Below are positions 19,185 through 27,808 of a DNA stretch of 64,000 bases, piece by piece. The position numbers and the translations under genes are program-made. The stretch's first letter is position 1; every line of letters begins with the position of its first letter. The stretch is from an uncultured Acidimicrobiales bacterium (GTDB taxonomy: Bacteria; Actinomycetota; Acidimicrobiia; Acidimicrobiales; SHLQ01): the NCBI GenBank assembly GCA_964390555.1, contig CAYMJU010000086.1:7661-71660 (forward strand). The letters are read 5' to 3'. The notes under the pieces are model-generated. The model was not told where the DNA came from. It ran no database searches and saw only the letters and a list, made by a program, of their open reading frames with translations.

Positions 19185-20033
19185 TCACCGAGTGAACGGT
19201 GCCAGCAACTCCTCGGGAACCGTGTTGCGCCAACCGTGCCCGGGCCAGTTGAACCAGCCCGACGACGCGTACGTGCCGCCGTCGGGGTGCAGCGTGGTGC
19301 CGGTCACGTAGGCCGACAGCGCCGAGGCCAGGAACACCACGCACCCGGCCACGTCGGCCACGTCGCCAGGCCGGCCCATCGGGATCTGCACGCGGGTGCC
19401 GAGCTCGGACTTCGGCGGCTGGCCGGGGGCGGCCATCCGGCGCATGGCCGGCGTGGGGGTGTAGTCGGGGGCGACGTTGTTGACACGGATGTGATCGGGC
19501 CCGAGCTCGACGGCCAGGGTGCGCCCGAACTGCTCGACGGCGGCCTTGGCCGCCGAATAGACGGCGAAGCCGGGAGCGGCGCGGTGGCACTCGATCGTGG
19601 TCAGGTTGACGATGCTCCCGCCGCGGCCGCCGGCTTGCATCCGGGGCACGGCCAGGGAACAGGCGTGGATCACGTGCATGAGGTTCATGCGGATGACGGC
19701 GTCCCACCCCTTCGGCTTCGTGTCGACGAAGTCGGCGAGGAACGTCCCGCCCGGCACGTTCACCAGGGTGTCGACGCGCCCCCACTGCTCGTCGACCTCG
19801 ACGAAGAGCGCTTCGAGCTGGTCGTGAACGCGCACGTCGCCATGCCTGACGATCGCCTCCGGACCCAGGGCGGCGGCGGTGTCACCGACCGCGTGGGGGT
19901 CGATGTCGATCACCGCGACGCGCACGCCGTTGGCGGCCAGATCACGGGTGATCGCGCCGCCCAGACCGCCGGCGCCGCCGGTGATCACCGCGACCGTGCC
20001 GGCAAGCCCGCCGCGCTCCTCGAACCAGGTCAC
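19185..20033 (-). CDS. Short-chain dehydrogenase/reductase
   Basis: GTG 20033 opens VTWFEERGGLAGTVAVITGGAGGLGGAI. Catalytic motif YSAAKAA. The start lies 7 nt after the upstream HD-gene stop. The ORF-track start at 20186 was trimmed. Confidence 0.8.
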   Translation of the reverse strand: MTWFEERGGLAGTVAVITGGAGGLGGAITRDLAANGVRVAVIDIDPHAVGDTAAALGPEAIVRHGDVRVHDQLEALFVEVDEQWGRVDTLVNVPGGTFLADFVDTKPKGWDAVIRMNLMHVIHACSLAVPRMQAGGRGGSIVNLTTIECHRAAPGFAVYSAAKAAVEQFGRTLAVELGPDHIRVNNVAPDYTPTPAMRRMAAPGQPPKSELGTRVQIPMGRPGDVADVAGCVVFLASALSAYVTGTTLHPDGGTYASSGWFNWPGHGWRNTVPEELLAPFTR

Positions 20034-20040
20034 CGGTTCG

Positions 20041-20622
20041 CTACTTGGACGCGACCGACGTGACGAGGCGGGCACGTACCAACGGCTCGAAGTGCTCGAG
20101 CGGCTCGCTCTTGTAGTCGGCGTCGAAGGCGACCTGGTCGTACTTGGCGCAGAACTCCTCGGTGTACTCGTAGTACGGCGAGTCACGATGGGCGTCTCGG
20201 GCGTTGCGGTCGAGGCCGATGTGGTGCCAGAAGTAATACCCCTGGAAGATGCCGTGGTGCTCCACGAGCCAGTGGTTCTCGCGCGACACGAAGGGCCGCA
20301 CGATCGACGCCGCCACCGCCGGGTGGTTGAACGGGGCGAGGGTGTCGCCGATGTCGTGCAACAGGGCGCACAGGACGTACTCCTCGTCGCGCCCGTCGCG
20401 CTCGGCCCGGGTGGCCGTCTGCAGGCTGTGCTCGAGACGATCGACGGGGAACCCGCCGTAGTCGTGGCTCAGCTCGCGCAGGAGGCCGATCACCCGGTCC
20501 GGTACAAAGGTCTGGGCCACGTCGAGTTGAGGTGTGATGATCGCCCAGTCCTCGGCCGTCGACTCCTCGAATGACGAGAAGCGAGCCCGCGGTGGATCGT
20601 TGGTGGCTGTCGTTGCCTTCAC
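20041..20622 (-). CDS. HD-domain protein, PhnZ/MIOX-like (COG4341-type predicted diiron oxygenase/phosphohydrolase)
   Basis: VDRLEHSLQTATRAERDGRDEEYVLCALLHDIGD matches the H...HD pattern of PhnZ-type HD proteins. Further His residues occur in NHPAV and WLVEHHGIFQGYYFWHH. Confidence 0.7.
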   Translation of the reverse strand: MKATTATNDPPRARFSSFEESTAEDWAIITPQLDVAQTFVPDRVIGLLRELSHDYGGFPVDRLEHSLQTATRAERDGRDEEYVLCALLHDIGDTLAPFNHPAVAASIVRPFVSRENHWLVEHHGIFQGYYFWHHIGLDRNARDAHRDSPYYEYTEEFCAKYDQVAFDADYKSEPLEHFEPLVRARLVTSVASK

Positions 20623-20664
20623 AGAGCTAATCGTACGGGTCGTAGCACCCGCGGTCCATGGACG

Positions 20665-21513
20665 TCAGCCAGTGGGCCGGTCGGCGGCGACACTTCGTAT
20701 GCGATCGACACCGGCCTGGCCGCGAACGGTCCCCGCAACCATGCCGCCGTCGACGGGGAGCACCGTGCCGGTGACGTAGCTCGACCGGTCGCTCGCGAAC
20801 CACACAGCGGCTTCGGCGATGTCGCCGGGCGTGCCCTGCCGTTTGATGGCCTGCCGGGACATGATGTGCTCCCGGATGCGCGCCATCAGCTCGGCCCTCT
20901 CGTCGTCGGCCAGGCCGGCCGCCATCACCGATCCGAGGATCGGCGTCTCGATGTTGCCGGGCGCCAGGCAGTTGACCCTCACACCGAGCTCGCCGACGTC
21001 GAGGGCGGCGGATTTCGTGAACATGATCACCGACGCCTTCGACGTGTGGTACGTCCACAGCCCCGGCGCCGGATTGATGCCACCGATCGACGAGATGTTG
21101 ATGATCGATCCACCGCCGTTGGTCGCCATGTGGCGGGCGGCCTCGCGGGTCCCGGCCATGACACCGAGCAGGTTGACCCCCATCACCCGATGGAAGTCGC
21201 CGAAGTCGTCGTCGAGCAGCCGGGGGTGGCGTGCGCCCGAGATGCCGGCGTTGTTGAACATCACGTGAAGTCCGCCGAAGGTCTCGACGGCGCAGTCGAC
21301 GAGCGCGCGCACCTGCTCCTGATCGGCCACGTCGGTGTACCGGAAGCGGGCCCGGGAACCGAAGGTCGCGGCGAGAGCCTCGCCCTGATCCCGGTCGACG
21401 TCCGCGATGACCACCCGGGCGCCCTCGGCCACGAACCGCTCGACGGTGCCCCGACCGATCCCGGATGCTCCTCCGGTGACGATCGCGACCTTCCCCACCA
21501 GTTCTTCTGCCAT
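20665..21513 (-). CDS. Short-chain dehydrogenase/reductase
   Basis: ATG 21513 opens MAEELVGKVAIVTGGASGIGRGT. Motifs NNAGI and YHTSKAS. The 579-aa ORF-track version was trimmed to 282 aa. Confidence 0.85.
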   Translation of the reverse strand: MAEELVGKVAIVTGGASGIGRGTVERFVAEGARVVIADVDRDQGEALAATFGSRARFRYTDVADQEQVRALVDCAVETFGGLHVMFNNAGISGARHPRLLDDDFGDFHRVMGVNLLGVMAGTREAARHMATNGGGSIINISSIGGINPAPGLWTYHTSKASVIMFTKSAALDVGELGVRVNCLAPGNIETPILGSVMAAGLADDERAELMARIREHIMSRQAIKRQGTPGDIAEAAVWFASDRSSYVTGTVLPVDGGMVAGTVRGQAGVDRIRSVAADRPTG

Positions 21514-21543
21514 GGCTGATCCTCGACTCGACGCTCCTAGGAC

Positions 21544-21559
21544 TGACAGTAGAGTGTCA
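21544..21559. promoter_or_regulatory. Palindromic operator candidate TGACA-N6-TGTCA (copy 2)
   Basis: TGACAGTAGAGTGTCA lies between the divergent SDR (start 21513) and P450 genes. The internal TAGAGT (21550-21555) fits the -10 pattern TAnnnT. Confidence 0.5.
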
Positions 21560-21633
21560 CATTGACGAGATCGGTGCGCTCGGCCATCGCCCACCGACCG
21601 TCGACCACCGACGCCGCAGAAGGGGGAGACGAC

Positions 21634-22842
21634 GTGGAGACCGCCAGCACGGTGATCACCTACCCGATCGTGCCCGAACGTGGGCTCGAGGTCGACCCGC
21701 TGTACCGCGAGCTGCAGGCCAAAGCACCCATCCGGGTCCAGCTGCCCCACGGTGAACCGTGCTGGCTCGCGACCCGCTACGACGACGTGCGCACGGTGTA
21801 CGGCGACCGGCGGTTCGGTCGGGCCGAGGGCCTCCGGCGTGACCCGCCCGGCACGTTCCCCGGCGAGCTCATGCGGATCCCCAGCCTGCTGGTGAACATG
21901 GATCCGCCCGACCACACGCGAGTGCGCCGCCTCACGTCGGGCGCGTTCTCGCCGGCTCGCATCGGTGGGCTGCAGGCGTGGGTCCAGTCGGTGGTCGACG
22001 ACCTCCTCGACCAGATGGCTGCGCTCGGGCCAGGCGCCGACTTCGTTCCCGCGTTCGCCGAGCAGCTGCCGGTGAAGGTGCTGGTGGGGATCCTCGGCGT
22101 GCCCGAGACCGACTCGCGGGACTTCCGGACCTGGGTGATGAACATGTCCGACCACGGGCTCGACCTCGCGACACGAGATCAGGCCCGCGTCGAGTTCCAC
22201 GCCTACCTGGCCGAGCGGATCGCCGAGCGGCGCGAGCGGCGAACCGACGACTTGTTGAGCTCCCTCGTCGAGGCGAGAGACGACGACGACCGCTTGAGCG
22301 AGGACGAGCTGTTCGGCCTGTGCATCGCCCTGTGGGGCGGGGGCTTCAAGACGACGTTGATGCAGCTCGGCACCACCGTGTACACGCTCATGACCCACCG
22401 CCACCTCTGGGAGGAGCTCCTCGGCGACGCCGCCCTGATGCCTGCGGGGCTCGAGGAGCTGTGGCGGTGGATTCCGAGCTTCCGCTACGCCCGGCCGTTC
22501 GTGCGGTGGGCCTCAGAAGACGTCGAGCTGGCGGGCGGGTTCGTCGTCCCGGCGGGCGACGCGGTGCTGCCCGAGCACGCGGTGGCCAACCGCGACGAGT
22601 CGGTGTTCTCCCACGGATGGGACCTCGACTTCCACCGCGTCGATCCCCGCCCTCACCTCTCGTTCGCGTTCGGCGCCCACCACTGCATGGGCGCCCACCT
22701 GGCGACACTGCAGGTCCGTCTGGCGGTCGAGTCTCTGCTGGGACGGTTCCCGTCCCTCGAGCTGGCCATACCCGAGGCCGACGTGCCGTGGTCGACGGCG
22801 GCGATCATGCGCTCGGTCGAGTCTCTGCCTCTGCGGTGGTGA
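21634..22842 (+). CDS. Cytochrome P450
   Basis: Heme signature FAFGAHHCMGAHLATLQ. GTG 21634 lies 6 nt after GGGGGAG and gives 402 aa. The alternative is TTG 21562, immediately after the -10-like TAGAGT. Confidence 0.85.
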   Translation: METASTVITYPIVPERGLEVDPLYRELQAKAPIRVQLPHGEPCWLATRYDDVRTVYGDRRFGRAEGLRRDPPGTFPGELMRIPSLLVNMDPPDHTRVRRLTSGAFSPARIGGLQAWVQSVVDDLLDQMAALGPGADFVPAFAEQLPVKVLVGILGVPETDSRDFRTWVMNMSDHGLDLATRDQARVEFHAYLAERIAERRERRTDDLLSSLVEARDDDDRLSEDELFGLCIALWGGGFKTTLMQLGTTVYTLMTHRHLWEELLGDAALMPAGLEELWRWIPSFRYARPFVRWASEDVELAGGFVVPAGDAVLPEHAVANRDESVFSHGWDLDFHRVDPRPHLSFAFGAHHCMGAHLATLQVRLAVESLLGRFPSLELAIPEADVPWSTAAIMRSVESLPLRW

Positions 22843-22866
22843 CCGAGGAGCGCGGGCCCGAGCCCT

Positions 22867-23493
22867 CTAGGAACCCGCCATGATGTCGGCGAGGCGAACG
22901 AACTCGTCGGCGATCGTTTCGCTGAGATCGGCTTCGTCGGGGCCGGCGAGCCACCGGTCGAGGCCCCGATTGTGGGTGAGCACGCCGATGTCGGCCAGGA
23001 GCCGGCAGTTCTCGTCGGGATGTTGGCGACCTCGTCGGGTCGCGATGGCGCTGGCGACGACGGCTAGGTCGTTGAGCCGGTGCTCGTACTCTCGGCCACG
23101 CAGCGTCGGCGAGGACGCCACCGCCCGCTCGTAGAGCAGGAGGTTGGCGCGCCGTTCGGTCAGCGTGGAGCCCACCTGCCGGAAGGTCGTCGCCAGGGCG
23201 TCGAGGTCCGAGAGGTGCGCGGGTTGCCCGAGGAACACGGCGACGAAGGACTGCATCCAGGTGCGCCGGTCTGCGAACAGGACCGACTCCTTGGTGGCGA
23301 AGTACCGGAAGAACGTGCGGCCCGACACCTCGGCGCGCTCGGCGATCTCTTCGGTGGTGGTCGACTCGTAGCCCTGGGTGGCGAACAGGTGCAGAGCGGC
23401 CTCGCGGAGGGCGACCCCGGTTCTGGCCTTGCGCCGCTCGCGCCGGGTCGGAGCGGTGTCGACAGCCGTCGACGAGAGGCTCTGACCGTTCAC
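22867..23493 (-). CDS. TetR family transcriptional regulator (TetR-2, paralog of TetR-1)
   Basis: ALHLFATQGYESTTTEEIAERAEVSGRTFFRYFATKESVLF, and both TetR proteins share SPTLRGR. The preferred start is GTG 23493 (209 aa). The Arg-rich ORF-track extension to 23634 was rejected. Confidence 0.8.
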   Translation of the reverse strand: MNGQSLSSTAVDTAPTRRERRKARTGVALREAALHLFATQGYESTTTEEIAERAEVSGRTFFRYFATKESVLFADRRTWMQSFVAVFLGQPAHLSDLDALATTFRQVGSTLTERRANLLLYERAVASSPTLRGREYEHRLNDLAVVASAIATRRGRQHPDENCRLLADIGVLTHNRGLDRWLAGPDEADLSETIADEFVRLADIMAGS

Positions 23494-23563
23494 GGAGATG
23501 GTGCCGATGTCGAGAATGTAGCTCGACGGGGCGCGACCACCGTGGCCCGGACGCGAGAACCCA

Positions 23564-23607
23564 CGCCAGTAGGTGAACGTTCGACGTCTGATCGGTCTCG
23601 CTCGCCT
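23564..23607 (+). promoter_or_regulatory. Conserved 44-bp 5' module, copy Y
   Basis: CGCCAGTAGGTGAACGTTCGACGTCTGATCGGTCTCGCTCGCCT matches 11603-11646 at 41/44 positions. It lies 37 nt upstream of the amidohydrolase ATG. Confidence 0.5.
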
Positions 23608-23628
23608 ATTGGCTCGCCCTCTGGGTCG

Positions 23629-23644
23629 TGGCACTCTACTGTCA
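23629..23644. promoter_or_regulatory. Palindromic operator candidate (copy 3, one arm mismatch)
   Basis: The + strand reads TGGCACTCTACTGTCA, the reverse complement of TGACAGTAGAGTGCCA. It matches copy 2 at 15/16 positions and abuts or overlaps ATG 23644. Confidence 0.5.
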
Positions 23645-25350
23645 TGAGAGCATCTGGTGAGGAGTTCGACCTCGTCATCAGGGGCGGCACGATCGTCGAC
23701 GGGTCGGGCGGGCCGTCACGGACCGGCGATGTCGCCGTCGTTGGCGATCGGATCGTCGATGTGGGTCTCGTGGCGGGCCGCGGCTCACGCGAGATCGACG
23801 CCGACGGGCTCGTGGTGGCACCCGGTTTCGTCGACGCCCACACGCACATGGACGCCCAGCTCTTCTGGGACGACCTCGGCAAGCCGACGTGTTGGCACGG
23901 GGTGACCACGGTCGTGATGGGCAACTGCGGGTTCACGCTCGCGCCGGCCCGGCCCGCCGAGCGCGCCCTGGTGGTCCGCAACCTCGAGCGGGCCGAGGAC
24001 ATCGCCCCCGAGGCCATGGCCGAGGGCATCGACTGGACCTGGTCGACGTTCGCAGAGTTCCTCGACGCCGTCGATGCCCGTCCCAAGGGCCTGAACCACG
24101 TGGCGTCGATCGGGCATTCGGCGCTGCGCACGTGGGCGATGGGGGAGCGGGCGTTCGAGCACACCGCGACCCCCGATGACCTGGCGGTGATGGCCGCCGA
24201 GCTGCGGTCGGCCCTGGCGGCCGGGGCCGCGGCGTTCACGACGTCGCGCACGATCGCCCACGCTACGTCCGACGATCGCCCGGTGGCGTCGCGGTTGGCC
24301 GCGTGGGACGAGATCGAAGCTCTCGTGGGGATCGTCGGCCGTGAGAGCCGAGCCGTCTTCCAGTTGGCCCCCGAGCGGTTGTTCGACCCCGACCAGCATC
24401 GCGACTTCGAGCGCCGGTTGAGCGAGCTCGCGATCCAAAGCGGTGCACCGATCGTGTTCGGGAAGTTCTCCCACCCCATCCCGCAGCCGTCGCTCGATCT
24501 GATGGATCAGACCGCGGTCCGAGGTGGCGAGATGTTCGCCTTGACACACTGCCGTGGCGTGGTGTCCGCGCAGTCCTTCCAGACCCGGCTCGGGTTCGAC
24601 AGCCTCCCCGAGTGGCAGGAGGTCCGCCGTCAGCCCTTGCCGGCGCAAAGGGAGCTCCTGCGGGATCCCGCCGTACGTGCCCGGCTCGTGCACGCCGCTC
24701 ACCATGGCGAGTACGGCGTCGTCCACGGTCCCGAGGCCGGGCGACCGCGGTTCGAGACGATGACGATCCTCGACTCGCCGGTCCTGCCCAACACCTCGGT
24801 CGCCGACGAGGCCCGCCGCCGTGGCGTCGATCCGGTCGAGGCGATGATCGATGTGGCCCTCGAGCGTGACTTCGAGGTCTTCTTCGTCCAGCACCTGATG
24901 ATGCAGGACGAGGACGAGCTCCTGCATCTGATGCGCCACCCGCGCACGGCCATGTGCTTCTCCGATTCCGGCGCCCACGTGAGCCAGATCTTCGACTCGT
25001 CGATCTACACGCACCTGCTCGCCTACTGGGTGCGCGAGCGAGGCGTGGTCGGGCTCGAGGAAGCCGTGCAGATGATCACGTCGCGTCCGGCCAGCATCTT
25101 CGGGCTGCACGACCGTGGCCGTCTGGAGCCGGGGCTCGCCGCCGACATCACCGTGTTCGACGCGGCCACGGTGGCCCCGCTGCGTCCCTACGTCGTGCAG
25201 GACCTCCCGGGCGGAGCCCGGCGGATCGAGCAGCGGGCGGTCGGGATCGAGGCCACGGTGGTGAACGGCCGGGTGTTCACCCTCGGCGGTGAGCCCACCG
25301 AAGAGCGCCCCGGTCGGCTGCTACGAGCCCGGCCCATCGAGGAGTCCTGA
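23644..25350 (+). CDS. Metal-dependent amidohydrolase (D-aminoacylase family), paralog of 17186-18847
   Basis: ATG 23644 opens MRASGEEFDLVIRGGTIVDGSGGPSRTGDVAVVGDRIVDVG...APGFVDAHTHMDAQLFWDD. The 756-aa ORF-track version was trimmed. Confidence 0.85.
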   Translation: MRASGEEFDLVIRGGTIVDGSGGPSRTGDVAVVGDRIVDVGLVAGRGSREIDADGLVVAPGFVDAHTHMDAQLFWDDLGKPTCWHGVTTVVMGNCGFTLAPARPAERALVVRNLERAEDIAPEAMAEGIDWTWSTFAEFLDAVDARPKGLNHVASIGHSALRTWAMGERAFEHTATPDDLAVMAAELRSALAAGAAAFTTSRTIAHATSDDRPVASRLAAWDEIEALVGIVGRESRAVFQLAPERLFDPDQHRDFERRLSELAIQSGAPIVFGKFSHPIPQPSLDLMDQTAVRGGEMFALTHCRGVVSAQSFQTRLGFDSLPEWQEVRRQPLPAQRELLRDPAVRARLVHAAHHGEYGVVHGPEAGRPRFETMTILDSPVLPNTSVADEARRRGVDPVEAMIDVALERDFEVFFVQHLMMQDEDELLHLMRHPRTAMCFSDSGAHVSQIFDSSIYTHLLAYWVRERGVVGLEEAVQMITSRPASIFGLHDRGRLEPGLAADITVFDAATVAPLRPYVVQDLPGGARRIEQRAVGIEATVVNGRVFTLGGEPTEERPGRLLRARPIEES

Positions 25351-25413
25351 CCCACCCTGCAGAAAACTGGCAGCGTGATGACACTTTGATGGGCAGAGCT
25401 CAGCCGGCGCATC

Positions 25414-25419
25414 TATGCT
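25414..25419 (+). promoter_or_regulatory. -10-like hexamer TATGCT, 6 nt upstream of the AKR ATG (possible leaderless transcript)
   Basis: TATGCT-CGCGGC-ATG(25426). No Shine-Dalgarno is present. The best -35 at 18-nt spacing is weak (TGGGCA, 25390-25395). Confidence 0.3.
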
Positions 25420-25425
25420 CGCGGC

Positions 25426-26451
25426 ATGGAGTACCGCACTCTGGGTGAGACGGGCGTGAAGGTCAGCGAGCTGTGTCTCGGCGCCATGATGTTCGGATCG
25501 TGGGGCAACACCGACCACGACGAGTGTGTCCGCATCGTCGACGCGGCGATCGATGCCGGTATCAACTTCATCGACACCGCCGACACGTACAGCAACGGCG
25601 AGTCCGAGGAGATCCTGGCCAAGGCGCTGCGGGGCCGGCGCGACGACATCGTCCTCGCCACGAAGTGCCACATGCCGATGGGTCGCGACCCGAACCAGCA
25701 GGGATCGTCCCGGCGCTGGATCACCCGCGCGTGCGAGGACAGCCTGCGCCGCCTCCAGACCGATCACATCGACCTCTTCCAGATCCACCGCCTCGATCCG
25801 GCCACCAGCCATGACGAGACGCTCGCCGCGCTCACCGATCTGGTACGGGCGGGCAAGGTCCGCTATCTCGGGAGCTCGACCTACCCTCCCTCGGCGATCG
25901 TCGAGGCGCAGTGTGTCGCCGAGCGCCGTGGCCGCGAGCGGTTCGTGTGCGAGCAGCCCCCGTACTCGATGCTGTACCGGGCGATCGAGAGCGATGCGTT
26001 GCCCACGTGCCAGCGCTACGGCATGGGCGTGATCCCCTGGGGTCCTCTCGGTGGTGGCTGGCTGTCGGGCCGGTGGCGCAGGGGTGCGAGCACCATGGAG
26101 AGCAGCCGGTCCAACCGGGTGCCGAGCCGCTACGACTTGTCGACCCCCGACAACCAGCGCAAGCTCGACGCCGTAGAGGAGCTGACGCTGCTCGCCGAGT
26201 CCGCCGGTCTCTCGCTGATCCATCTCGGCCTGGCGTTCGTCCTCAGTCATCCCGCGGTGAGCGCGGCGATCGTCGGTCCCCGCACGATGGAGCACTTCGA
26301 GAGTCAGGTCGGCTCGGCCGACGTTCGCCTCGGGTCCGACGTGCTCGACCGCATCGACAAGATCGTCCCGCCGGGGACCAACATCAGCGCCGCCGACAAC
26401 GGGTACCGCTCGCCGCCGATCGTCGACCCGAAGCTGCGCCGGCGGGCCTGA
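25426..26451 (+). CDS. Aldo/keto reductase
   Basis: MEYRTLGETGVKVSELCLGAMMFG...INFIDTADTYSNGESEEILAKAL...DHIDLFQIHRLD is the typical AKR pattern, including the catalytic D-Y-K-H context. Confidence 0.9.
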   Translation: MEYRTLGETGVKVSELCLGAMMFGSWGNTDHDECVRIVDAAIDAGINFIDTADTYSNGESEEILAKALRGRRDDIVLATKCHMPMGRDPNQQGSSRRWITRACEDSLRRLQTDHIDLFQIHRLDPATSHDETLAALTDLVRAGKVRYLGSSTYPPSAIVEAQCVAERRGRERFVCEQPPYSMLYRAIESDALPTCQRYGMGVIPWGPLGGGWLSGRWRRGASTMESSRSNRVPSRYDLSTPDNQRKLDAVEELTLLAESAGLSLIHLGLAFVLSHPAVSAAIVGPRTMEHFESQVGSADVRLGSDVLDRIDKIVPPGTNISAADNGYRSPPIVDPKLRRRA

Positions 26452-26473
26452 TCGGTGTGAGAGGGGATCGCCG

Positions 26474-27328
26474 ATGACTCAGCTCCTGGTCAGAGACCTC
26501 ACGCCGCGGATCGGTGCGGAGATCACGGGGTTGAATCCTCGGGCGGACCTCGACGAGACGACCCGTTTGCGCCTCAAGGACGTGTTCGATCGTCGCGCGT
26601 TGCTGGTGTTGCGCGACGTCGACGTCGACTTCGAGTCCCAGCTCTACCTCGTCGAGAGCTTGCATGGCTCCGAGCCGGTGCGCCGCGACATCGAGGACGT
26701 CAACTTCAGCTACGTGTCGAACAAGGAGCCCGATGGCGGTGCCCCGTACGGGCGGCTGATGTTCCACACCGACATGATGTGGTCGCCGCTGGCGACCCAG
26801 GTCGCGTCGCTCTACGCCACCGAGGTCGAGCAACCATCGGTCCCGACGGTATGGGCGAGCACGACGCACGGGTGGGCCGCGCTCTCCGACGAGCTGAAGG
26901 GCCGGGTCGAGGGGCTCCACGCCCTCCATTCCAGCGGCCAGCAGGGGCGGGTGGCCGACGACGACCAGCTCCTGCAGCCGAAGTGGACGACGGAGCGCAG
27001 CACGACCACCCCGGTCGCCCTACCGCATCACCGCACGGGCGAGACCATGCTCTACGTGTGCGAGCAGCAGACCCGGCGAATCGTCGACCTCGCCGAGGAT
27101 CAAAGCGATGCCCTGCTCGACGAGCTGTTCGCGCATCTCTACGCGCCGGAGAACCTGTTCGAGCACCACTGGCGAGCCGGTGACCTGGTGATCTGGGACA
27201 ACCAGCTCGTCCAGCACGCTCGCCCGTACCTCGAACCTGGCGGTCCGGCCCGAACCCTGCGAAAGGTGCATGCTCCCCGCAACCTCGTCCGGTTGGTGGG
27301 CGCGCCCGAGTACGACCGGGCGAACTGA
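26474..27328 (+). CDS. TauD/TfdA-family Fe(II)/2-oxoglutarate dioxygenase 1
   Basis: RDLTPRIGAEITGLNP..., HxD in FHTDMMW, C-terminal DLVIWDNQLVQHAR. SD GAGAGGGGA lies upstream. Confidence 0.8.
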   Translation: MTQLLVRDLTPRIGAEITGLNPRADLDETTRLRLKDVFDRRALLVLRDVDVDFESQLYLVESLHGSEPVRRDIEDVNFSYVSNKEPDGGAPYGRLMFHTDMMWSPLATQVASLYATEVEQPSVPTVWASTTHGWAALSDELKGRVEGLHALHSSGQQGRVADDDQLLQPKWTTERSTTTPVALPHHRTGETMLYVCEQQTRRIVDLAEDQSDALLDELFAHLYAPENLFEHHWRAGDLVIWDNQLVQHARPYLEPGGPARTLRKVHAPRNLVRLVGAPEYDRAN

Positions 27329-27331
27329 ACC

Positions 27332-27808
27332 ATGCGGTTGCTGGTCCTGGGCGTCGATGCGCACGGAAGCTCGTGCCTCACCGCGATGACCGAGGTCGTG
27401 CCCCGAGCGGTCGCGGGGGTGCCGGGAGTGGCGGTGGCACGGCTGTTCTCGACCGACTCCAGTCCACCCCCGCCGTGTCCGGCCGGCCTCGGCCTGGCCA
27501 CCGAGGACCGGCTCGCCCCGGGACTCGTGCAGTGGTACGTCGTCGAACACGAACCGGCGGCGCACGACGAACGAAGCGCGGCCACCGAGCTGCACCATCG
27601 CAACGCCATCGACTTGGTGGTCGTGCTCGACGGGAGTGCCGACCTGCTGCTGATGGACGGCGCCCACCCGGTGAGCGCCGGGGACTGCATCGTGATGGCC
27701 GGAATCGACCACGGTATGCGGGCCGGCATCGACGGTTGCCGCTTGATGTCGTTCGCGATCGGCACGCCACCACCCGCGGCGGTGCTTGAACCTGGAGGTT
27801 CACCATGA
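27332..27808 (+). CDS. Cupin-domain protein
   Basis: LHHRNAIDLVVVLDGSADLLLMDGAHPVSAGDCIVMAGIDHGMRAG is a cupin two-motif pattern. The stop overlaps the next ATG (ATGA). Confidence 0.65.
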   Translation: MRLLVLGVDAHGSSCLTAMTEVVPRAVAGVPGVAVARLFSTDSSPPPPCPAGLGLATEDRLAPGLVQWYVVEHEPAAHDERSAATELHHRNAIDLVVVLDGSADLLLMDGAHPVSAGDCIVMAGIDHGMRAGIDGCRLMSFAIGTPPPAAVLEPGGSP

